Positions 47,959 through 58,242 of a stretch of 64,000 bases of DNA are shown one piece after another. Each line of letters opens with the position of its first letter. Positions within the stretch are counted from its first letter, which is position 1. The stretch is from the NCBI GenBank assembly GCA_904501915.1, contig CAJGCV010000001.1, positions 17,280-81,279 of the forward strand. The letters are read 5' to 3'. A model generated the notes under the pieces. That model saw only the letters and a list, made by a program, of their open reading frames with translations, did no database searches and was not told the DNA's origin. The DNA is from an uncultured Akkermansia sp. Lineage in GTDB: Bacteria; Verrucomicrobiota; Verrucomicrobiia; Verrucomicrobiales; Akkermansiaceae. The position numbers and the translations under genes are program-made.

Positions 47959-49980
47959 ATGTTAAGATTCGTTAAGCTTCTTTCTCTCTTTATATTTTTC
48001 AGCGGTGTATCCACCGCAGAATGGACATCTCCACACGATTTACAACTAGAGGAAAAAGCACCCAATGCTCTGATTCCCTTTCCCCGGGAAGTGAGCTGGG
48101 AAAAAGATACAATCAAGCTTCCCAGTGCGAAAAACTGGGAACTTAAAGGTAAAGCAGTCAAGCTGAAATCCATTAAGATTGCGTGGAAGGGACTGCTGCA
48201 GGATATTAAAGGCTCAGCAAAAGGCAAACTTACAGTCCAGCTGAAGGACGCCGGCTCAAAACTGACAAATGAGCAGAAAGAAGAAGGTTACATTCTTACC
48301 GTTCAAGATAAACAAATTACAATTGAAGCAAAAAGAATCTCCGGATTCTTTTATGGACTCCAGACGCTCAGGCAGCTCGTCCAAGGCAAGAAAATGCTGC
48401 CTCAATGTACCATAAAAGACTGGCCTGCATTCCGCTACCGAGGCTTCATGCAGGATTCCGGACGCAATTTCCGCAGCATCGAACGGTTAAAGAAAGAAAT
48501 TGACCTTGCCTCTCGGTTAAAAGTCAATTTATTTCACTGGCATCTCACCGACCACCACGGCTGGCGAATCCAGTGTAAGAAATACCCGGTGCTGAATGAG
48601 GAAAAGACTCGTGAACGAGACCACAAGGATACATACTCATACGCAGAAATTCTTGATTTGTTCGAATATGCCCATGCTCGCAGGGTGCAGATTCTCCCGG
48701 AAATGGATATGCCCGGGCACAGCAAATATTTCAGCAAAGCTTTCGGATTCAACATGGAATCGCCAGAAGGCATGAAGATATGCGCCGACCTCATCAATGA
48801 ATTCTGCCAGGAAATTCCCAGGAATGTCTGCCCATGGGTCAGTTTCGGTGCAGACGAATGTAAAATTGCCAATGCTGAGCAGTTTGTCAACATGGCATGC
48901 GAAACCATCAAAGCACACGATCGAGACCACGCCCAATGGGCTGGTGGTCACGATCTCAAAGTTCATGCAGACTCCATTCAGAAACGCTGGGCCGAGGGGT
49001 ATAACGGATGCGTAAAATCGCTTTCGAACCTTACGGGGCGTACTCTGGACTACGCAGTCGGCTATTCGAATGTCTATCCTCCGGCCATGATGGTGCGTCG
49101 CTATTTCTTCATGCGTCCGTGTGGCGAAGCAAAGGGCAGTGATCAGGCACTCGGTGTGGTGTTGGGAATCTGGCCGGATGGCAGGGTGGATAAGAAGGAA
49201 TGGATTCCCGGCATGTGCAACATGTGGCCCTCAATGTGTGCCATGGTGGAACGCGGCTGGTGCGGCGGCGATGGCGAGGGCGACGCTTTTGTGCCTGATT
49301 TGCCAGCGCCTGACACAGAACCAGGCAAGGCATATCACCTTTTCCAGAAACGTATGGCCAGCATTGCTAAAACCATTTTCAAGGGAGAAGACTTCCCCAT
49401 GTGGACAGAAAGCACACTGAGCTGGACACTGGTGGAACCGCAGCCCTCAACCGATGCAGACAAACTGCGCGAAGCTGTTCTTAAAGGAAAGCTTGAGGGG
49501 CTTACCACTCGCCAGGTGCATGGGTCAAACATCTATTTCCGCACGCGCGACGGTTCTGGAAACCAAGGACTGTATCGTACCGCCAAGACAGGAGTAACCG
49601 TATGGGCTATAACCACTATCAAAGTGAATAAGGACGGCAAATACCCATTCATGATTGGCTTTGATGCTCCGGAACGCTCCAACCGCCGGTGGACTGGTGT
49701 CCCTCAAAATGGGCAATGGAGCCAGGCGGGGACCAAAGTCTGGATTAACGGCAAGGAAGTCCGCAACCCTCGCGTTTACAAGCTGGCGGGGCAACGAACC
49801 GAACCAAGAAAAATATGGGGCTTCGAAAATCCGCTGGATCTGGAAGAGGTGTGGTGGATGCTCGGACCGACTGAATTAAATCTGAAAAAAGGGGAAAACA
49901 CCATCATTATTGAACAACCATACCCTGGCTATCATCTAGACTGGAGTATTGGATTCACGCCGCTTTTCAAACATAAGTAA
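47959..49980 (+). CDS. Secreted GH20 beta-N-acetylhexosaminidase
   Basis: LIPFP, EGYIL, IKDWPAFRYRGFMQDSGRNF, FHWHLTD, PEMDMPGH, GADE catalytic pair; TTGCGT-17-TAATGT-6-ATG. Confidence 0.93.
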   Translation: MLRFVKLLSLFIFFSGVSTAEWTSPHDLQLEEKAPNALIPFPREVSWEKDTIKLPSAKNWELKGKAVKLKSIKIAWKGLLQDIKGSAKGKLTVQLKDAGSKLTNEQKEEGYILTVQDKQITIEAKRISGFFYGLQTLRQLVQGKKMLPQCTIKDWPAFRYRGFMQDSGRNFRSIERLKKEIDLASRLKVNLFHWHLTDHHGWRIQCKKYPVLNEEKTRERDHKDTYSYAEILDLFEYAHARRVQILPEMDMPGHSKYFSKAFGFNMESPEGMKICADLINEFCQEIPRNVCPWVSFGADECKIANAEQFVNMACETIKAHDRDHAQWAGGHDLKVHADSIQKRWAEGYNGCVKSLSNLTGRTLDYAVGYSNVYPPAMMVRRYFFMRPCGEAKGSDQALGVVLGIWPDGRVDKKEWIPGMCNMWPSMCAMVERGWCGGDGEGDAFVPDLPAPDTEPGKAYHLFQKRMASIAKTIFKGEDFPMWTESTLSWTLVEPQPSTDADKLREAVLKGKLEGLTTRQVHGSNIYFRTRDGSGNQGLYRTAKTGVTVWAITTIKVNKDGKYPFMIGFDAPERSNRRWTGVPQNGQWSQAGTKVWINGKEVRNPRVYKLAGQRTEPRKIWGFENPLDLEEVWWMLGPTELNLKKGENTIIIEQPYPGYHLDWSIGFTPLFKHK

Positions 49981-50076
49981 GGCATGACACCCAACAAAAC
50001 ACGATGAACACGCAAGATTCTTGACTTTCCTGCGTATTCATAGTAGACACATAGTCGACAACAGTACATCACGCAT

Positions 50077-51117
50077 ATGAAAAAGACGTACATCATGATT
50101 CTGGCCGGTCTGGCCATTGCTGGCGCCACCACTACCTACTGCTTCTCCCAGAGCAACCAGGAAGTGCCGGTGACCACCCCTGCCCCTGCAGAAGCCGTCA
50201 TCGCCGCTGAGGCCGCACAGGCTGCCGGTGCACCCGTAACTGCCACTACTATTTCTGAAGAGGACGCCAAAAAGGCATTCTCCTATTTCATCGGTTACCG
50301 CTTCGGTCAGGAAGTTTCTGCCGGCGCAACCACCCTTACGGCCGATGACTTCGACAAGGACACCTTCTTCCAGGCTCTTCAGGATAGTCTTACCGGCCAG
50401 CAGCCCAGCATGGACCAGTCCATGATTGAGGCCGGCATGAATGCCTTTGTGTTGACCATGCAGAAGCGCGAAGCCGTTAAGGCAGAGGCCAACCTCGCTG
50501 CAGGCAAAGCTTACCAGGAGGAATATGCCAAGGGTGAAGGCGTGACCAAGACCGAGAGCGGCCTGCTCTACACCGTCATCACCCCCAGCGAAGGTCGCAA
50601 GTATGACCCCGCCGTAGATGGCGAGGGTGCTATCTGCAACGTGACCTATGAGGGCAAGCTTATCGACGGAACCGTATTCGACAAGAGCCCCGCTCCCATC
50701 GATATGCCCATCGACCGCGTGGTGCCCGGTTTCTCTGAAGCCCTGAAGCTCATGCCCGTTGGTTCCACCTGGGAAGTGTGCATTCCCTCCGAACTGGCAT
50801 ACGGTCCCCAGGGACCTGCCCCCATCGGCAACAACAGCACGCTTGTGTTCACCATTACGCTCAACAGCATCACCAAGGCTCCCGAGCCCGATATGAACGC
50901 CCGTTCCCTGCAGCAGCTTCCCCCCGAGATTATGCAGCAGCTCCAGCAGCAGGGCCTGGAAATTCAGCCCGATGACGCCGCAGAAGAGCCTCTGCCTGCC
51001 CCGGCCGAAGAAGTGCCTGCCGCTCCCGCAGCAGAAACACCCGCAGCCCCTGCCCCCGCAGAGGAAGCGGCATCTCCGGCCTCCCCTGCCACGCTGACGG
51101 AAGCAGAGAACTTCTAA
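50077..51117 (+). CDS. FKBP-type peptidyl-prolyl isomerase (FkpA/Mip-like)
   Basis: TESGLLY, YEGKLIDGTVFD, VVPGFSEAL, IPSELAYG; acidic Ala/Pro tail. Confidence 0.93.
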   Translation: MKKTYIMILAGLAIAGATTTYCFSQSNQEVPVTTPAPAEAVIAAEAAQAAGAPVTATTISEEDAKKAFSYFIGYRFGQEVSAGATTLTADDFDKDTFFQALQDSLTGQQPSMDQSMIEAGMNAFVLTMQKREAVKAEANLAAGKAYQEEYAKGEGVTKTESGLLYTVITPSEGRKYDPAVDGEGAICNVTYEGKLIDGTVFDKSPAPIDMPIDRVVPGFSEALKLMPVGSTWEVCIPSELAYGPQGPAPIGNNSTLVFTITLNSITKAPEPDMNARSLQQLPPEIMQQLQQQGLEIQPDDAAEEPLPAPAEEVPAAPAAETPAAPAPAEEAASPASPATLTEAENF

Positions 51118-51142
51118 TCGGTTTTGAACCATTTCTTTTCGG

Positions 51143-51174
51143 GCACCCCGCAGAGATTCTGCGGGGTGCTTTTT
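51143..51174 (+). terminator. Intrinsic terminator
   Basis: GCACCCCGCAGA-GAT-TCTGCGGGGTGC-TTTTT. Confidence 0.9.
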
Positions 51175-51235
51175 GTACGCGAGCGTGACAAGCTTTTTGT
51201 TTGCAAAAAAAGCCGGGTAAGAGTAAACTGGCACC

Positions 51236-52240
51236 GTGAAGTGGACATCTGCCAGAATCTTTGTTCTGAAATCGGCAATCATCGGCACAACCCTTGGTTA
51301 CTTGATTCTTGATTTATGGTTATTGCGCGGACCCATGTATGGTTTTCTGCACAAGGATAAACTGTCAGCAGAGGCTGCCGCTGTTGTGTATGGAGAGCGC
51401 ATATCGCACGCTCAGCTTGCGCGCCATAAGGTCGAGCAGGAAGCCATTTCTGGCAAGGATAAGGTCAATATCGCCATGATGATGGATCTGGTGCGAGCCT
51501 CGCTGCTGCGTCTTCGAACCCGTTATAATGACAACCAGTTACCCCATGATCGCGCAGCTGCCGCGAAATTCGTTCAAGAGCTGTCCACCCGGGCAGGAAA
51601 CGATGCTCTCTTTGAACAACAACTTGCCTCCCAGGGATACACACGGAGGCAGTTTACAGACAAGGTGGAAGCCCGACAGATGGAACTGGCACTGCTGGAA
51701 CGGAATCTGGCACCCCAATCGCAGGTGGATAATGCCGCCATTATGGCCCACTACAAGTTAATCAAAGACGAACTCACCATACCAGCCAGTCGCCCGGTGA
51801 AGCACATCTTCATATCCACACTGCACCGCAGCGATGATGATGCACGCCGCGCGGGTGAACTGGTGATGTCACGGCTGGAGTCAGGCGAAGGCTTTGCGGA
51901 ACTGGCAGCAGAGATGAGTGATGACACAGCCACGGCGCAACGAGGCGGTAACCTGGGCACCGTCTATGATGATGCCCATATCACACTGCCGGAGCTGAAT
52001 CTCTTCGGGGAACAAGCCCTGCCTGCAGGATGCCCGAGTCTGGTTAAAAGCAAGTGGGGCTGGCATGTGGTACTGCCCGGTCCTGTTACTCCGGCATACA
52101 CGCCATCGCTGGATGAATGCCGTGAGACCCTGCGCACCGCCATCATCAGCGCGCAGCGAGAAATCGGGGTTAACACTTTTTTCGATACCCTCATAAAAGA
52201 AGGGATGCAACAGAAACACATCAAAATTCATGTCAAGTAA
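51236..52240 (+). CDS. Parvulin/SurA-PrsA-like peptidyl-prolyl isomerase
   Basis: KHIF, FAELAAEMSDD, GGNLG, KSKWGWHV; TTGCAA-17-TAAACT-6-GTG. Confidence 0.85.
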   Translation: MKWTSARIFVLKSAIIGTTLGYLILDLWLLRGPMYGFLHKDKLSAEAAAVVYGERISHAQLARHKVEQEAISGKDKVNIAMMMDLVRASLLRLRTRYNDNQLPHDRAAAAKFVQELSTRAGNDALFEQQLASQGYTRRQFTDKVEARQMELALLERNLAPQSQVDNAAIMAHYKLIKDELTIPASRPVKHIFISTLHRSDDDARRAGELVMSRLESGEGFAELAAEMSDDTATAQRGGNLGTVYDDAHITLPELNLFGEQALPAGCPSLVKSKWGWHVVLPGPVTPAYTPSLDECRETLRTAIISAQREIGVNTFFDTLIKEGMQQKHIKIHVK

Positions 52241-53540
52241 CAGCATCACTGTTTCCCGCGCCGCTAAAGGACTGAAGGGCACCCTCACCGTACCTGGCGA
52301 TAAGAGTATTTCCCACCGCGTGGCCATTCTGGGGGCTTTGGGTAATGGCACTATGCAGGTGCGTAATTTCCTTTGCAGCGAAGACTGCGTGAACACCCTG
52401 CGGGCCATGCAACAACTCGGGGCCATCGTGGAAAACAGTGATTGCCCGCAGAACTTTTCGCTTACCGGTACAGGCATGCGCCCCACTGCCCCCACAAGAG
52501 ATATTGATTGCGGCAACAGCGGCACAGGCATGCGACTCATGGCGGGCGTGCTGGCATCCCTTCCTTTCCGCAGCCGCATGTTCGGCGATGCATCGCTGAG
52601 CTCCCGCCCCATGAAACGCATCATTGACCCGCTGGGCAGCATGGGTGCACGCATTGCCGCATGTGGAGAAAAGCCCGGTTGTGCGCCGCTGGAAATTGAG
52701 GGAGGCAAACTGACCCCCATACACTACGATTTACCCATGGCCAGCGCCCAGGTGAAAAGTGCAGTGCTGCTGGCCGGTATGCTGGCGGAGGGGCGTACTT
52801 CTGTACACCAGCCTGCTATCACCCGTGACCACACGGAGCGTCTGTTCGAGCATTTCGGTATCCCCTGCTCCGTGTCTGAAGATGGGCTTGATATCGCCGT
52901 TGACGGTCCGGTTGTCCCCACCAACAAGGATATCACCGTTCCGGGTGATATCTCCAGCGCTGCTTTCTGGCTGGTAGCCGGCAGCATCGTGCCGGGCAGC
53001 ATGCTCACATTGCTCAACGTCGGACTCAATCCCACCCGGGACGCCATCATCACCGTACTGCGCCGCATGGGGGCGGATATCCGTATCTCCAACCGCACAG
53101 ACTGCGGCGAACCTTTTGGGGATATCACCGTTTACGCTCCGCAGCAGCTTACCGCTACAGAGGTGCTGAAAGCCGAAATTCCGAATCTCATCGATGAAAT
53201 TCCCGTGCTGGCAGTAGCTGCTGCTTTTGCAAAAGGCACTACGCGTATCCGCAACGCAGCCGAGCTGCGAGTCAAGGAGAGCGACCGCATCGCCACAGTT
53301 GTGGGCAATCTGCGCGCAATGGGGGCGCAGGTGGAAGAGTTCCCGGATGGTATGGAGATTACCGGCGGTGCGCCTCTGCACGGCGCAACCATGGATTGCT
53401 TCGGAGATCACCGCATTGCCATGAGCTTCCTCATGGCAGGATTGAATGCGGATGGAGAAACTACACTACTCAACTGCCACAGCATCAACACCTCCTACCC
53501 TGGATTCGAAGAGCATCTCCGCTCCCTCACTCAGGCTTGA
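52230..53540 (+). CDS. aroA: 3-phosphoshikimate 1-carboxyvinyltransferase (EPSP synthase)
   Basis: PGDKSISHR, GNSGT, ASAQVKS, RDHTE, KESDR, DHRIAM. Confidence 0.98.
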   Translation: MSSNSITVSRAAKGLKGTLTVPGDKSISHRVAILGALGNGTMQVRNFLCSEDCVNTLRAMQQLGAIVENSDCPQNFSLTGTGMRPTAPTRDIDCGNSGTGMRLMAGVLASLPFRSRMFGDASLSSRPMKRIIDPLGSMGARIAACGEKPGCAPLEIEGGKLTPIHYDLPMASAQVKSAVLLAGMLAEGRTSVHQPAITRDHTERLFEHFGIPCSVSEDGLDIAVDGPVVPTNKDITVPGDISSAAFWLVAGSIVPGSMLTLLNVGLNPTRDAIITVLRRMGADIRISNRTDCGEPFGDITVYAPQQLTATEVLKAEIPNLIDEIPVLAVAAAFAKGTTRIRNAAELRVKESDRIATVVGNLRAMGAQVEEFPDGMEITGGAPLHGATMDCFGDHRIAMSFLMAGLNADGETTLLNCHSINTSYPGFEEHLRSLTQA

Positions 53541-53544
53541 AATC

Positions 53545-55392
53545 ATGGCGAGAATCACCCAGGAATGTGCCGCACGCATTAAGGACTCTGCCGATATCGT
53601 GGAGCTTCTGGGGCGCTACGTGCAGCTGCGCCGCGCAGGTAACTCCTGGAAAGCATGCTGCCCGTTTCACAGCGAAAAAACACCCTCGTTTCATGTGAAT
53701 CCGGCGCGACAGTCATTCCATTGCTTCGGCTGTGGTGTGGGGGGCGATGCCATCAAATTCATCATGATGTTCGAAAACCTCGATTACCCTACCGCTCTGC
53801 GCCGCCTGGCTGACATGAACGGTATTCCGGTCATCGAGGAAGAGGAAAACCCGGAAATGGCCCGCCAGCGCCGCATGCGCGCCCGCGTGGTGGAAGTCAA
53901 CACCCTGGCAACCGATTATTACCACCGCAAACTCTGCCGGGACGCCGCCGCCGGACATGTGCGCGAGTATCTGAAAAAACGAGGTTTCGGCATTGAAATT
54001 GCCCGAGCCTGGCAGCTTGGCTGGGCCCCGCCGGAGTTTCACGAGTTTGCCCGGCTTGCCCAATCCCGCAGCATGGATGACCGGCTGCTGGCAGAAGCAT
54101 ACCTGCTGGGCCGTGGACAGCGAGGTCTCTACCCAGTATTCAAGGACAGACTCATGTTCCCCATTCACAATGTGCGTGGCGAAGTGGTGGGATTTTCCGG
54201 TCGCATTATCCAGGAGGGACAGGATCCGCGCAAATACGTGAACACGGCAGATACTGCAGCCTTCCACAAAGGTGAGCTTCTCTTCGGGCTTTATAAAGCT
54301 ACCGGTCCCATCGGCAAGGCGGGCATGTGCGTGGTTGTCTGTGAGGGGCAGCTCGACGTGATTGCCTGCCACGAAAAAGCCGATATCCGTAATGCCGTGG
54401 CGGGGCTTGGCACAGCGTTCACCGATGAACATGCCAGAATCCTCCGAAAGTACGCCAAAAAGGCTATTCTCTGCTATGATGGTGACAACGCCGGCATCAA
54501 GGCCAGCGAAAAAACCTTCCGCAAACTCGCAGCCGCAGGGCTGGAGGTATACCACGCCAGCCTGCCACCGGGAGAAGACCCTGACTCCCTCATCGGCAGC
54601 AAAGGTCCGGAGGCTCTGCGCGAAGCCATCGACACCGCCCGCCCGTATCTGGAAGTGCGTACAGGCCAGGAACTCGGTATGATTCAAGGTGATGCGAATG
54701 CCCGTGCTGCGCTTATTCCCCGCATGGCCGATTTAGCTGCCGAAATTACTGACCGCAACCGCCGCGATGTAGCCGTTGCTGATTTAGCAACCCGTTTAAA
54801 CACAGGCCTGGAATCCCTGCGGGAAACAGTCGAAGGAATCATCCGCACCCGGAAAACTGCGCCACAGAGCCCGCAGCCTGAACCCGTATGGGAACCCGGG
54901 GAAGAGGAAGAAATGAGCACCAGCGACTTGATGCAGGATGCACCCGTGCGCGTGGTCCCCATTACCCTGCACCGCGCTATTCACGACCTCCTTTTCCTGG
55001 CTGCGGTCAATGCCGAAGCTCAGTCCCTGCTGCTGGAGCGCATTGAAGAACTTCAGGAACCCATCCGCTGGCTTTCCGGCGGCGTGGTGCTCCAGCGTTT
55101 CATGGAATCCCTGCCTACCCCCGGCAATGAGGAAGCCTGGCAGTCGTTCATTGCCAAACTCCCGCCGGAACAGGCTGCAGCTTTGCGTACATTCGAGCAC
55201 TCTCCGGTGGATATTCCCAACATCCACATCACCGTAGATTCCACCTGCGCTAATGCCGCTCTGTCTGCCATCAAGGCCAATGTGGACCAGCTGCGCTCCC
55301 GTGTCAATACACCCGGTATTTCGCTCGAAGAAGCCGCAGCCCTCATGCAGGAAATGAATGAACTCCAGAAGCTCATCAATACCGCGACATAA
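53545..55392 (+). CDS. dnaG: DNA primase
   Basis: CPFHSEKTPSF...CFGC zinc finger, KYVNT, EGQLD, YDGDNAG, DPD. Confidence 0.97.
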   Translation: MARITQECAARIKDSADIVELLGRYVQLRRAGNSWKACCPFHSEKTPSFHVNPARQSFHCFGCGVGGDAIKFIMMFENLDYPTALRRLADMNGIPVIEEEENPEMARQRRMRARVVEVNTLATDYYHRKLCRDAAAGHVREYLKKRGFGIEIARAWQLGWAPPEFHEFARLAQSRSMDDRLLAEAYLLGRGQRGLYPVFKDRLMFPIHNVRGEVVGFSGRIIQEGQDPRKYVNTADTAAFHKGELLFGLYKATGPIGKAGMCVVVCEGQLDVIACHEKADIRNAVAGLGTAFTDEHARILRKYAKKAILCYDGDNAGIKASEKTFRKLAAAGLEVYHASLPPGEDPDSLIGSKGPEALREAIDTARPYLEVRTGQELGMIQGDANARAALIPRMADLAAEITDRNRRDVAVADLATRLNTGLESLRETVEGIIRTRKTAPQSPQPEPVWEPGEEEEMSTSDLMQDAPVRVVPITLHRAIHDLLFLAAVNAEAQSLLLERIEELQEPIRWLSGGVVLQRFMESLPTPGNEEAWQSFIAKLPPEQAAALRTFEHSPVDIPNIHITVDSTCANAALSAIKANVDQLRSRVNTPGISLEEAAALMQEMNELQKLINTAT

Positions 55393-55415
55393 AGTCATTT
55401 GCTGTACATATGAAC

Positions 55416-55568
55416 TTAACGCCAGCCATGGTGGTGACTCCTGTGATGGTGATGTCCGCCGCCGTGGTAAAAACCGTGGCTATGGTGGTGATGCAGGCAA
55501 TGGCAACTGCTCAGGCAAAGGGCTGCTACGGCCATGAGGAGGCTCACTTTAAGTAATTTCTTGTTCAT
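55416..55568 (-). CDS. Small His-rich lipoprotein (50 aa; absent from the ORF track)
   Basis: MNKKLLKVSLLMAVAALCLSSC-HCLHHHHSHGFYHGGGHHHHRSHHHGWR*: basic N-region, hydrophobic core, LSSC lipobox. Confidence 0.8.
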   Translation of the reverse strand: MNKKLLKVSLLMAVAALCLSSCHCLHHHHSHGFYHGGGHHHHRSHHHGWR

Positions 55569-55603
55569 GGTTCTGAATCTGAGTTATAGGTTCATGTGAT
55601 ACA

Positions 55604-56032
55604 TCAGGCGCGTCGAGAGCCTGGGCGCTTTTCTTTACCCTTATTCTGAGCCACAGGCTTTTTATTGTTCTGCGGCTTATGCTGTGCTATGGGTTTATGA
55701 TTATGCACCGGCTTATGCTGTGCCATGGGTTTATGATTATGCGCCGGCTTATGCTGTGCTACTGGCTTCGGCCGCTGAGACGGTTTATGGTGCACCACCG
55801 GCCTGGGCTGAGGCGAAGAATTGTGTACGACGACTACCGGTTCAGGAGCGGGCTTGTGGTGTACCACCACTTCCCTGTGCACAACTTCTTTGTGCACGAC
55901 AGGGCGGTGTATTACGGGCAGCGCTGCACAATGAGCGCTCAGGTTATGTATGAAACTCACATGGTCGCAACTGCAGAGACTGAGGCTGACCACGCTGCAA
56001 ACTAACATCACTTTATAAAAGTTCTTGTTCAT
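55604..56032 (-). CDS. His/Pro/Lys-rich repeat lipoprotein
   Basis: MNKNFYKVMLVCSVVSLSLCSC lipobox; VVH and HKP repeats. Confidence 0.8.
   Translation of the reverse strand: MNKNFYKVMLVCSVVSLSLCSCDHVSFIHNLSAHCAALPVIHRPVVHKEVVHREVVVHHKPAPEPVVVVHNSSPQPRPVVHHKPSQRPKPVAQHKPAHNHKPMAQHKPVHNHKPIAQHKPQNNKKPVAQNKGKEKRPGSRRA
55674..55765 (-). repeat. 36-bp coding tandem repeat (~2.5 copies)
   Basis: GGCTTATGCTGTGCYATGGGTTTATGATTATGCRCC units (AQHKPxHNHKPx). Confidence 0.9.
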
Positions 56033-56192
56033 AATTCCGGGAGACAAGGTGTTGTGCCTGTACATTTACCTAGCGCACCAGCTTTTTGTTTTTATTTGAA
56101 TTTTTCAAATAGTATAACAAAGGATGATGAAAAACCAGAATGAGCTTGTATAGGAAAGCGGAATCTGCTACGCTCTTGCCGCGCTTCGAATC

Positions 56193-58196
56193 ATGGCAGA
56201 AAAATTCGACATCAACAGCCTGAACGCCGCTCAGAAACAAGCGGTGCAGACGCTCAACGGTCCGGTTCTCATTCTTGCAGGTGCCGGCACAGGTAAGACA
56301 CGCACCGTCACCTGCCGCATAGCCAACATGATTGCAAAGGGCGTGAATCCGCGCGGCATTCTTGCCCTTACCTTCACCAACAAGGCTGCCAATGAGATGG
56401 CAGACCGCGTAGCCGGGCTTGTTGAGCGCAAAGCTGCCCGTCAGATGACCGTCTGCACCTTCCACTCGCTCTGCGTGCGCATTCTGCGGCAGGATATCGG
56501 CCGTCTGGGATACAAGGAAAACTTTTCCATATACACCGGAAGCGACCAGAGCGGGCTGCTGAAGCGTCTCATCATGGAGTATGGAGCCCGGCGCGAGAAG
56601 CTGGAACCTGCACAGGTACTGGCGGAAATGTCGCGAGTGCGCAACAACGGGCTGGATATAGACAACATAGAGGACACCCTCATAGCCGCCGTATCCAAGG
56701 CGTACATGCGGGAGTTGAAAGCCCAGAATGCTGTAGATTTCGATGACCTGCTCATCCTCACCGAGCGGTTGCTGCGCTGCTACCCTACCGTGCATGAGAA
56801 ATGGAACAAGCGGTTCTCCTATATCACAGTAGATGAGTTCCAGGACACCAATTCATTGCAGATGAGTCTGCTGCGACAGCTGGTGGGTCCTGAGCATAAC
56901 GTATGCGTGGTGGGTGACGATGACCAGTCTATCTACGGCTGGCGCGGCGCACAGATTTCCAACATCCTCGATTTTGAAAGTTTCTTCCCGAACCCCACGG
57001 TCATCAAGCTCGAAGAGAACTACCGCTGCACCAGGCAGGTGCTCGACTGCGCCAATATCCTCATCCGCAACAACGCAGGACGCCGAGACAAAACGCTGCG
57101 AACCAACAAGGAGGGCGAATACCCCGTGCGACTCATGGCCATGCCCGGCTCACAGGAAGAAGCCGAATTCATTGCTGATGAGATTGACCAGCTGCGCGCC
57201 CGACAGAACCTGCCATGGGAAGCCTTTGCCATCCTCTTCCGCGCCAATGCACAGAGCCGCGCACTGGAAATGGCCATGCGCGAACGCCACATCCCCTACC
57301 GCATGGTGGGTACCAAGAGCTTTTTCGACCGCCGCGAGGTGAAAGACCTGCTGAGCTATCTGCAGATGATGGATAACCCGGATGCCGACCTGCACCTGCT
57401 GCGTGTGCTCAACACGCCACCTCGCGGCATTTCCACCACTACGGCCTCATTTGCCATTGACTGGAGCCGCGAACACAAAAAGAGTCTCTGGGCTACGCTG
57501 GTGGATATCTCCTTTCTGAGCGAATGCTCCACCCGCTCCCAGAACAGTATAGAAGCCTTTACCGAAATGGTTACCCGCTACGGGACCGAGTTTACTGCCA
57601 GCGAGCGCCCCTTCGTGGACATTCTCCAGGATTTCCTGAACGAAACCGGCTACGAAGAATACATAGCCAAGAACTGCAAGACCGAAGAGGAGAAAATGCG
57701 GCGGCAGTCAGCCATTGATGACATCAAGGTGGCTCTGCGCCAGTACTGGCTGCCCGGACATAAACTGACCGATTTCCTGGCTGGTATCTGTCTGGATGAC
57801 AGCCGCGATGAAGACGACATTGAAAGCAAGAGCGGCGTGTGCCTCATCACCATGCATGCCGCCAAGGGGCTGGAGTTCCCGCAGGTCTACATCGTGGGCG
57901 TGGAAGAAGGGCTGCTGCCCCACACCCGCTCGGTGGACGAAGGGAGTCTGGACGAGGAACGCCGCTTGTTCTACGTGGGTATCACCCGTGCCCGCGAGCG
58001 TCTGACCATGACCTACTGCGCCAAACGCAGCCGCTATGGTCAGGAGGAACGCTGCCAGCCCTCCAGCTTCATCCACGAAATTCCCAAACACATGTACGAG
58101 TTCGTGGACTACGACAAGCTGATGAAAACCCCCGCATCTGAGGACGAATGCGCCGATTTCTTTGCTTCCATGCGTGACCTGCTGGCCGACGATTAA
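56193..58196 (+). CDS. uvrD: UvrD/Rep/PcrA family SF1 helicase
   Basis: AGAGTGKT, TFTNKAA, DEFQD, GDDDQSIYGWRG, ENYR, HAAKGLEF, YVGITRA; lacks a long C-terminal extension (Rep-like). Confidence 0.88.
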   Translation: MAEKFDINSLNAAQKQAVQTLNGPVLILAGAGTGKTRTVTCRIANMIAKGVNPRGILALTFTNKAANEMADRVAGLVERKAARQMTVCTFHSLCVRILRQDIGRLGYKENFSIYTGSDQSGLLKRLIMEYGARREKLEPAQVLAEMSRVRNNGLDIDNIEDTLIAAVSKAYMRELKAQNAVDFDDLLILTERLLRCYPTVHEKWNKRFSYITVDEFQDTNSLQMSLLRQLVGPEHNVCVVGDDDQSIYGWRGAQISNILDFESFFPNPTVIKLEENYRCTRQVLDCANILIRNNAGRRDKTLRTNKEGEYPVRLMAMPGSQEEAEFIADEIDQLRARQNLPWEAFAILFRANAQSRALEMAMRERHIPYRMVGTKSFFDRREVKDLLSYLQMMDNPDADLHLLRVLNTPPRGISTTTASFAIDWSREHKKSLWATLVDISFLSECSTRSQNSIEAFTEMVTRYGTEFTASERPFVDILQDFLNETGYEEYIAKNCKTEEEKMRRQSAIDDIKVALRQYWLPGHKLTDFLAGICLDDSRDEDDIESKSGVCLITMHAAKGLEFPQVYIVGVEEGLLPHTRSVDEGSLDEERRLFYVGITRARERLTMTYCAKRSRYGQEERCQPSSFIHEIPKHMYEFVDYDKLMKTPASEDECADFFASMRDLLADD

Positions 58197-58242
58197 ATTG
58201 TTGGCTTGCAAGTGATCAGCTTGTTGTGGTAAGATACAACCC

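Noticed and set aside
55674..55765. 36-bp repeats of CRISPR-like length
   Set aside because: Directly tandem without spacers and in frame within a coding sequence
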